Origin: an uncultured Chloroflexia bacterium
GTDB taxonomy: Bacteria; Chloroflexota; Limnocylindria; Limnocylindrales; CSP1-4
DNA length: 64,000 nucleotides
NCBI GenBank assembly: GCA_963748625.1
Contig: CAVVJT010000005.1
Coordinates: forward strand, 1 to 64,000
Reading direction: 5' to 3'
Of this stretch, positions 51,796 to 60,600 are shown piece by piece. Position numbers and translations under genes: made by a program. Below the pieces are notes generated by a model. That model was not told the origin of the DNA and searched no databases. It saw nothing but the letters and a program-made list of their open reading frames with translations. How positions within the stretch are numbered: position 1 is the first letter of the stretch; every line of letters starts with the position of its first letter.

Positions 51796-53499
51796 ATGAG
51801 CTTGCGGGTTCGACTGGGCCTCTCGATGGCTATCGTCGCCGTCATCACCTCGCTGGTGATGGTGGCGTCGATGCCTGTCGTGATCCGGTACGGCTTCGAC
51901 CCCGTCCTCCCGGCAGCCGAGGCACCGTCGCCCACCGCGGCCGCTGCTTCGACTGCGGCCCCGAGCGCCGCATCGCAGGATCCGAGCACCCCGGCAGCGG
52001 GATCACCCGGCGTGATCGAGGGCGCGACGGCGGCCCCGGCGGCCTCCGGCCCCGTTCCCACCGGCCCCACCGGCTCCCGGTCCCCCGTTTCCAGCCCCAC
52101 GGCAACCCCGCGGGCCAGCCCATCGACCGGCCCGGCCCTGACCGCATCGCCGCCTCCTCCACCTTCGCCATCCAGGTCGCGTGCGCCGTCACCCTCCCCG
52201 GTCCGCAGCCGCCAGCCGAGTGAGCCTCCGAGGGGGTCGGCCAGCCCGAGCGCCACCGGATCGGGCGGATCTAGCGGTGGGCCGGGTGCCGGACCCAGCG
52301 GGGGGCCGGGTGGCGGGACGGGTGGCGGGTCCCCCGTCGACGGCGGTGGCGGGTCGACTCCGGCCCCGTCGGCTGGGAATTCAAGCGCGACGGGAGGCGC
52401 AGGCGCCAGCCAGCCCAGCGGAGGAGACAGCGGAACAGGCGGGGCGGTGTCGGCCATGCTCGCGGTCAGCCACCAGGACCCGCCAGCGACGGCTCGTGCG
52501 GCCGCCGACCCGCCCGCGACGGTGGCTCCCATCACGACCCCGGATCCCGTCACAAGCGCGGATCCCGCCACGGCGGCCTGGGTCGAGGTGGAGCGGCGCA
52601 CCTCCACGATGTTCGTCGTGATGGCCGTCCTGTCGGCGGTGGTGGCCATCGCGATCGGGCTGCTCCTCGCCGAGGCGGTGATCCGCCCGCTGCGCGCCCT
52701 CGGGAAGGACGCGGCCGCGATCGCCGGGGGCGACCTGGGCCGCCGGTCTGCGACGAGCGGGCGCAAGGACGAGATCGGGGAGCTGGGGCGGTCGTTCGAC
52801 ACCATGGCCGAAGCGCTCCAGCGGTCGGACGAGTCCCGGCGCCGCTTCCTGCAGGACGCTGCCCACGAGCTCGGGACCCCGGTCACCGCGATCCAGACCA
52901 CCGTGAGCGCGATCCTGGACGGCGTCTACGAGCCCGAGCGCCGTCACCTCGAGACGATCCGGGACGAGACCCGGCTGCTGGGCAGGATCGTGGACGACCT
53001 GCGCACCATCGCGCTGGCCGAAGTCGGGCAGCTGCCGCTGGCGACCGAGGAGGTCGACCTCGCGGCCGTGGCCGCATCCACCGCCGACGCCTTCGCCGCC
53101 AGGGCCGCCGAAGGCCGACGCACGCTCGTCGTGGACGGCCAGGAGTCCGTGATCACCTTGGGCGACCCGGACCGGCTCCGGCAGGTGCTGTCGGCCCTGG
53201 TCGACAACGCGCTGCGGCACGCGCCCGACGGAGGGCACGTTGCCATCCACCCGCTGCTCGTGGAGTCCCGGGCGGTCGTCGAGGTGGTCGACGACGGACC
53301 CGGTCTCGGCGAGCACCCCGAGCGCCTGTTCGACCGGTTCTTCCGGGCCGGCGCCCTGCCGGACCGGACGAGCGGACATGCCGGGCTGGGGCTGGCCATC
53401 GTGCGGGCGCTCGTGGAGGCGCAGGGCGGCCACGTGACGGCGGCCAACCGGCCGGAGGGCGGTGCCGTGTTCCGGGTCGACCTGCCGGCGGGAGCCTGA
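51796..53499 (+). CDS. Sensor histidine kinase (HAMP-HisKA-HATPase) with low-complexity extracytoplasmic region
   Basis: Two TMs, DEIGEL, AHELGTP, NALRH, DDGPG and GLGLAI. Confidence 0.92.
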   Translation: MSLRVRLGLSMAIVAVITSLVMVASMPVVIRYGFDPVLPAAEAPSPTAAAASTAAPSAASQDPSTPAAGSPGVIEGATAAPAASGPVPTGPTGSRSPVSSPTATPRASPSTGPALTASPPPPPSPSRSRAPSPSPVRSRQPSEPPRGSASPSATGSGGSSGGPGAGPSGGPGGGTGGGSPVDGGGGSTPAPSAGNSSATGGAGASQPSGGDSGTGGAVSAMLAVSHQDPPATARAAADPPATVAPITTPDPVTSADPATAAWVEVERRTSTMFVVMAVLSAVVAIAIGLLLAEAVIRPLRALGKDAAAIAGGDLGRRSATSGRKDEIGELGRSFDTMAEALQRSDESRRRFLQDAAHELGTPVTAIQTTVSAILDGVYEPERRHLETIRDETRLLGRIVDDLRTIALAEVGQLPLATEEVDLAAVAASTADAFAARAAEGRRTLVVDGQESVITLGDPDRLRQVLSALVDNALRHAPDGGHVAIHPLLVESRAVVEVVDDGPGLGEHPERLFDRFFRAGALPDRTSGHAGLGLAIVRALVEAQGGHVTAANRPEGGAVFRVDLPAGA

Positions 53500-53502
53500 G
53501 CC

Positions 53503-54207
53503 ATGTCCCGGATCGCGGTCGTGGACGACGAGCCGACCATCGCGGAGGGCGTCGCAGCCTATCTCCGCCGGGACGGACACGCTGTCGAGATCGCCGCATC
53601 GGCACCTGCTGGGATCGAGCTGGGGCGGACCGGGCCCGACCTCATGATCCTTGACCTGATGCTCGGCGGCGGATCGGGGTTCGACGTGCTCCGGACACTG
53701 CGCGGCGAGGGACGCAGCGTCCCGGTGATCATCCTCAGCGCGCGCGTCGACGTCATCGACCGGGTTGCCGGACTCGAGCTGGGTGCCGACGACTATGTCA
53801 CCAAGCCGTTCGAACCACGGGAGCTCGTGGCCCGCGTCGGCGCGGTGCTCCGGCGCGCCCAGGGAGAGGCGCGCGCAGCGGTGGGCACCAGCCCGTCGGG
53901 CGAGGGCATCGCGCGCGTCCTGGACCTTGGCGTGAACGTGGCGGCCCGGGAGGTCCGACGCGGGTCCACGGAGATCACGTTGACCCGCACGGAGTTCGAC
54001 CTGCTCGTCGCGCTCGCCGAGCACCCGGGGCACGTCATGTCGCGGGAACAGCTCGCGAACCGCCTCTTCGGGGGCCTGTACGAGGAGTCCGACCGGACCG
54101 TGGACAGCCACGTTCGGAACCTGCGCCACAAGCTCGGGGCGGGCCCGGACGGAGGCGAGTACCTCGAGACGGTCCGGGGCGTCGGCTACCGCGTCGCCCG
54201 GAGGTAG
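53503..54207 (+). CDS. OmpR-family response regulator
   Basis: VVDDE, LDLML, GADDYVTKPF and ETVRGVGY. Confidence 0.95.
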   Translation: MSRIAVVDDEPTIAEGVAAYLRRDGHAVEIAASAPAGIELGRTGPDLMILDLMLGGGSGFDVLRTLRGEGRSVPVIILSARVDVIDRVAGLELGADDYVTKPFEPRELVARVGAVLRRAQGEARAAVGTSPSGEGIARVLDLGVNVAAREVRRGSTEITLTRTEFDLLVALAEHPGHVMSREQLANRLFGGLYEESDRTVDSHVRNLRHKLGAGPDGGEYLETVRGVGYRVARR

Positions 54208-54236
54208 AGATCCGCGCTGGGGGATACGCTTCGGAC

Positions 54237-54566
54237 GTGACGCACCTGTACACCCTCTTCCTCGGCGGCCGGATCGCACGCGGCGACGGCCTGGGCGACG
54301 CGACGGCGCTGGTCGTTGCCGCCGACACGGTGCTCCTCGTCGGGACCGACGAGGAGGCGGCAGCGGTCTCGCGAGGGGACTCGATGACCGTGGACCTGGC
54401 CGGTGCGGAGATCGTGGCGACCGGCGACCTTGATCCCGGCAGCCCGGCCGACTTCGACGTGGTCCGCAGGGACGGTACCGCGCAGATTCGTGGCGGGCGC
54501 CTCGTCCATGGCACCCTGCCGGGCTGGCACGACCATGTGCCCGGCGAGGAGGGCGGCGCCCACTGA
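54237..54566 (+). CDS. Mini protein resembling the amidohydrolase composite beta-sandwich only
   Basis: LFLGGRI...ALVV...VGTDEE...VDLAG joined directly to GDLDPGSPADFDVV...GGRLVH; TACGCT 6 nt before GTG. Confidence 0.7.
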   Translation: MTHLYTLFLGGRIARGDGLGDATALVVAADTVLLVGTDEEAAAVSRGDSMTVDLAGAEIVATGDLDPGSPADFDVVRRDGTAQIRGGRLVHGTLPGWHDHVPGEEGGAH

Positions 54567-54608
54567 CCGTACGCGAGGATCGGGCACGGCGGGACCCTCA
54601 ATGCAAGA

Positions 54609-54640
54609 CAGGGGCCCCGCCTCGCGGCAGGGCCCCTGTC
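54609..54640. terminator. Hairpin between convergent genes
   Basis: caggggccc / gggcccctg stem. Confidence 0.55.
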
Positions 54641-54674
54641 GGCTCCCTCGGGGTAAGGGGCCTGTGACGGTTGG

Positions 54675-57600
54675 CTAGCGGGTGACGCGCTGGTTCACGA
54701 CGGGGCTGGTGCTGCCGGCGTAGTTCGTGGATGCGACATAGCGCGCCGTCATCTGGTACGTGCCGGTGTTCAGGCCCGTGTTCCGGTAGCTGAGAACGGC
54801 GACGCCGTTGACCAGCGTTGCGGTCCCGATCCGGTTGCCGTTGCGGAAGAAGCGGACCGTCCCGGTGGGGGTACCGCCGCCGGGGGCGACGGCGACGACG
54901 GTCGCCCGGTAGGTGATGGTGTTCTGGCGGCTGACCGGGGTGGTCAGCGTGAGCGTGGTGCCCGTTGAGGCCCGGCTGACGACCTGGGCGAGCGGTGCGC
55001 TGGTGCTGGAGGTGTAGTTCGTGTCGCCGGGGTAGACCGCCCGGACGGCGTGCGTGCCGACGGACAGCCCCGTGGTGGTGATCGACGCCACGCCGAACGC
55101 GTCGATTGCCTGGGGCGCGCCGAGGTTGGCGCCGTCCAGGGTGAACTGGACGGTGCCGCCCGGATTGATCCCGAGGCTGCCGTTCTGCGGTGTGACGGTG
55201 GCGGTGAAGGTGACGGACTGGCGGAAAACGCTGTTCGCGTCGTTCGAGACGACCACGGTGGTCGTCGTGAGCTGGGCCACCACGGTGTGGGCAAGCGCGG
55301 CGGACGTTGCACCGAGGAAGTACGTGTCGCCCGAGTAGCGGACGGTGATCGAGCGGTTGCCGGTGGTGAGGGCGGACGTCTGGATGACGACGGCAGACCC
55401 GATGACCGGAACGGCCGCGCCCGTATCGACGCCGTCGACCACGAGCTGGAGCGTGCCCGTCGGCGTGCCGGCGAGCGGGTTAGGGTTGTTGACCGTCGCG
55501 ACGAAGCTCGTGATGGCACCGGCCTTGGTCGGGTTGAACTGGGTGGACAACCCGATGGTGACCGGGGCCCGGAGGATCGTGAGCGACCGGCTGACCGGGG
55601 CCGCGGCCTGCCAGTTGCCGTTGCCCGGCTGGGTGGCCGTGATGGTGCACAGGCCGGGCGCGACGAGGAACACGGCCGTGCCGGTGACCATGCAGGTTGC
55701 CGGCGTGTCCGAGGTGAAGGCGACCGCCAGGCCGGACGTGGACGTCGCGCTCACGAGGAACGACACGGTGCCCCACGTGCGGTTGGCCTGGGCCGCGAAC
55801 ACGATGGCCTGGGGGGCCGGCGTGACGGTGACCGTCCCGGCGGCGTAGCTGATGGTGTAGTTCGGGTCGGCGGCGCCCGAGCAGGTGCTCGGGTAGACAC
55901 CGGTGTCCGAGGTGGAGGTGGCGGTGGTGGAGCAGGCCGGCGGGGTGGCGGGGGCGGTGTCCGGTGCGACGAGGCCTGCGTAGATGGGCGTGATGGCCGG
56001 CACGGCGGCGCCGTAGACCATGGTCCCGGTCGAGGCCGTGATCGTGAGGGCGGCCTGGGCGACCGTGACCGTGCCGTCCACCAGGGTGATGCCGTAGTTC
56101 GTGTCGGCGAAGCCGGTGCAGGTGACCGGGTACGGGCTGCCGCCCACGCCGCTGCCCTGGGTGTAGGTCGTGGTGCACGTGCCGACCGTGGCCGGGGCGA
56201 GATCGCCCGCGACGAGGCCCGCGTAGGCGGGATCCATCGGGCCCGGGACTGCGTCGCCGTACGTGACGGCGAAGCTCGGCGCGGTGATGGTCAGCGGGGC
56301 GGGTGTGATCGTCACGGTCCCGGCGGCGTAGCTGATGGTGTAGTTCGGGTCGGCGGCGCCCGAGCAGGTGCTCGGGTAGACACCGGTGTCCGAGGTGGAG
56401 GTGGCGGTGGTGGAGCAGGCCGGCGGGGTGGCGGGGGCGGTGTCCGGTGCGACGAGGCCTGCGTAGATGGGCGTGATGGCCGGCACGGCGGCGCCGTAGA
56501 CCATGGTCCCGGTCGAGGCCGTGATCGTGAGGGCGGCCTGGGCGACCGTGACCGTGCCGTCCACCAGGGTGATGCCGTAGTTCGTGTCGGCGAAGCCGGT
56601 GCAGGTGACCGGGTACGGGCTGCCGCCCACGCCGCTGCCCTGGGTGTAGGTCGTGGTGCACGTGCCGACCGTGGCCGGGGCGAGATCGCCCGCGACGAGG
56701 CCCGCGTAGGCGGGATCCATCGGGCCCGGGACTGCGTCGCCGTACGTGACGGCGAAGCTCGGCGCGGTGATGGTCAGCGGGGCGGGATCCACGGTCAGGA
56801 CGCCGTCCACGTAGGTGTACGCGTAGTTGCTGTCCAGCGCACCGTCGCACGTGATCGGGTAGGCCCCGACCGGGTCGCCCGTGACGTACGTGGTGGTGCA
56901 GACCGCGAGCGTCGTGTCCGGGTCCACGCCGGTCGAGTACGTCGGCGTAAGCGCCGGCGCATCCGCCCCGTAGAGGATCGTGAGGCTCGGAGCCGTCACG
57001 GTGGCCGGCGCCTTGCCGACCGTGACCGTGCCGTCCACCAGGGTGATGGCGTAGTTCGTGTCGGCGAAGCCGGTGCAGGTGACCGGGTACGGGCTGCCGC
57101 TCACGGGCGAGCCCGCGGCGTACGTGGTGTCGCAGGTGCCGACCGTGGCCGGGGCGAGATCGCCTGCGACGAGGCCGTCGTAGGCGGGAAGGATCGGGTC
57201 GGGCTTCGGGTCGCCGTAGGAGACGGTGAAGCTCGGCGCGGTGATGGTCAACGGGGCCGGGCCGACGGTCAAGGTCCCGTCGACGTAGAACACCTGGCCC
57301 AGGAAGATCGGGTCCGGGGTAGCGCCCGTGCAGCTCGTCGCATAGGTGCCGACCGGGTCGCCGACGGTATAGGTCGTGGAGCAGGTGGCCTCGCCGACCG
57401 GGGCCGGGAGGTCCGGGGTGTAGGCGGCGGTGATCGTCGGGACGGGATCGCCGTAGAGGATCGTGGGCGAGGACGCCGTCACGACCAGCGCGACCGAAGC
57501 ATCGAGCGTGTTGGACACGCCCTCACCGGCCTCGTTCCAGGCAACGACCTTGTAGCGGTACACGGTCCCGAGCGTCGCGGTCTCGTCCGTGTAGGACACG

Positions 57601-60600
57601 GCGTTGGCGAGGGCGGTGCCGATCTGGGTGTACGGACCGGGCTCACCCGCGGTCAGGGTCGCGCGGAGGATCTTGTAGCCGACCTCGTCCTTGGGATCGG
57701 TCCACGTTGCAAGGTTCGCGTAGTCCACCAGCGTGCCATCCGTCCAGCCGAGGACGACAGGACCGCCGGGCAACCTGGTCAGCACCGGGGCGTCGGGGAC
57801 CTCCGAGTCCACCTTGACCGACACCGGCCGCATCATGTCCATCTCCTCGTGGGAGAGGATGTGGCAGTGGAAGACGTACTCCCAGTTGAAGTCCACGATC
57901 GCGTTCACGATCGGGGCGATCGGGGCGCCGGCGGCGTTGGTGTTGTTGAAGCCGGCTTCCGTGCCGAGGACGCCGTTCTGGGAGCCCTGGGCCCCAATGG
58001 GCATCATCGGGTTGAGCGGGCGGCGGCTGTCGGGGACGTTGAACGGGAGCTCAGGCACGATCGGGCGGATCGCCACGTACGTGTCCTGGAGCGGATTGAT
58101 GCGGACCGTGTCCTTCCAGCCCAGCTCGTTGGGATCCGGTGGCTGGAGGTTGTTGTCCCAGGCCACCCGGTTGAGCACCTGGACGTCATAGAGATGGAAG
58201 TGGATCGGGTGGGTGTCCACGCCGTTGTGGGTGATCTTCCAGATCTGCGTGCCGTCGTCCGCGGATGAGATCGGGGTCACGTCGAGGGTGCTCGGCGTCC
58301 CGTTGGCATCGAGGATCTCGGTCACCGGGTTCACGTACGGGTACAGGATGATGTTCTGGGTGATCGGCGTCGCCCCCGGCGCCTCGAGGCCCAGGTTGGC
58401 CGTCATCCGCCCGTACTCGTCGAAGCTCGCCGAGTTCATCTCGTCATGGATGCCCTTGGGCTCATACGGGATCGAGAGCTGGGCGCCATCGAGCGTGTCG
58501 AACTTGAACTTGTCGCCCGGCTTGGCGCCCTCCTGGATGCGGGCGTAGCCGTCGCAGCGCGCGGACGGGTTGGTCGGCGCGGAGCACCAGCCGCCGGCGG
58601 CGAAGTTGGATCCGTACGCGTCGTTGTAGGAGGACTGGCCGACGATGATCGGGTTCTGGCCGGACTCGAAGACTCCGGAGCCATCGGCCTGGTGCTTGAA
58701 TGCGGCGACCAGGCGGCCCTGGCGGTCGTTCGTCGTGTTCGGGCGGTCCCAGGCGAGCGCCGGCGCCGCGTTGGAAACCTTCACCTGCATGATCGTGCGG
58801 GTGTTGGGACCGTAGCCGGGCAGGGTCGTGTTGGCGCAGGCCGGCCGCAGGTCGGCGCTACCGGTGTAGTAGTCGTAGCAGGCGACGCGGGCCGGGAAGG
58901 CGGCCGGAGCATCGTTGTACAGGATCAGGGTCTTGCCGCGGTACTTGCTGAAGTCGACGATGACGTCAGCACGCTCGGCCGGGGCGAGGAGCAGCGAGTG
59001 CTGATCCACGTTGCCCACGTCGAAGCGCGTGGGATCGGTGATCCACGTGGTCGGCTGGGCCGGGATGGTCACCGGTGAGGGCAGGAAGCCACCCTCGGTC
59101 CCGATCTGGACCCAGTCCGGGCCCTTGGGGCTCTTGGTCTCATCGGGCGTCGGGAAGGCGGCTGTATCGGTGAGGGCCGCCTCCACCTCGGCGGGCTTGA
59201 GCGCCACCTCGGAGAGCGTGCCGGTGGTGGGATCCGCGACGTACCAGGACAGGTTCCAGAACCGGTCGTTGGCCGCGTTGAGGATGCGGTAGCGGTAGGC
59301 CTTCGGCTCGACCGTCGTCTTGGGATAGGCCGTGCCGTTGACGATCGGCGTGTCGTTGAAGGCCTCCATGCCCACCGAGACGTTCGGGGTGCCGGGGATC
59401 TGCGGCGGCTCGCAGAACGGCTCGGACTGGTACTGCCAGGTGTCCGGGTTGTCGAGGTCGCAGGCAGGGTCGTAGTACGGGTTGTCGATGGGCTGGTACT
59501 TCGCCGTCGCGGACGGCGGCCAGAACCAGGGGCCGTACATCCAGCGCCCGAAAGAGCTCATGCCGGACGGGTCGTTGGGGTTCTGGGCGGGCATGTAGAC
59601 GTGCGGCGCCCAGAGCGAGCCCTCGCCGCCCCACTTGCTGGTGTCCCAGGTGGGATCGGTGTCGTGGATGTTGGCGGGGACGAAGGTCTTGTCCTGGATG
59701 ATCAGCGGCGTGCCGATGCCGAGGCCTTCGTCAACCGTGGGCGTCGACAAGTCGTCGCCCATTGCCCCACCGGGCGCAGTGAGCGCCTTCTCGACGTCAT
59801 CGGTGATGACGTAGCCGGCGGCCTCGCCCGCGTAGACGTTGAGGCGGGTGATGCCCCACGCGTGGTCGTGGTAGAACATCAGCCGCGCCGACTGCTGGTT
59901 CGTGTAGAAGAAGGTCATGGAGCCCGGTTCCGGATCGGGCATGTCGGGCACGTTGGAGACGCTCACGCCCTCGGGATACCTTGTGGCCTCGTCAGCCGGC
60001 GTGATCCACTGGTGCGGCGTGCCGTCGCTGATCCAGGGTGTGACGCCACCGTGGAGGTGGAGCGTGGCCCTGTTCTCCGAGTAGCAGTCCATCTTCTCGA
60101 TGGAGCACATCGGGTTGCGGGCCTCGTCCAGGACCGACCCGAACTCCGCGGTCGTGTCGATCGGGACACCGGCGCCGTCAAGGTCGACGGAGTCGGGGCC
60201 CATGCCGGCGCCCATCAGCGTGGTGTCGACCGGCAGGAAGAGGTCGCCCCCGACGCCCGTCGGCAGCAGGTTGCGGAAGAGGATGCGGACAGGGCGGTCC
60301 TTCGTCGCGACGATCGTGGGGCCCAGGTAGTGGGGGACGTCCACACCTCGGGCGCGGGAGCCGTCGGGCAGGAGGATCGGGGTCGAGGGTCCGTTGGGGT
60401 CGAGGCTCTCGTTGCTCAGCGCTGCGCGCGCCCCGGGGACAACGTCCGTCGACAGCTGCACGTAGCCGCGCAGCAGCGTCGGCGGCACGTCCTCGTGGAA
60501 TGTGTGCCGGTACTGGACCAGGCCGATCTCGTAGTAGTCGGCGCCGGGGTACGTCGTCGTGTCGGGCACGCCGACAGGGATGTAGTTGCCCTGGTCATTG

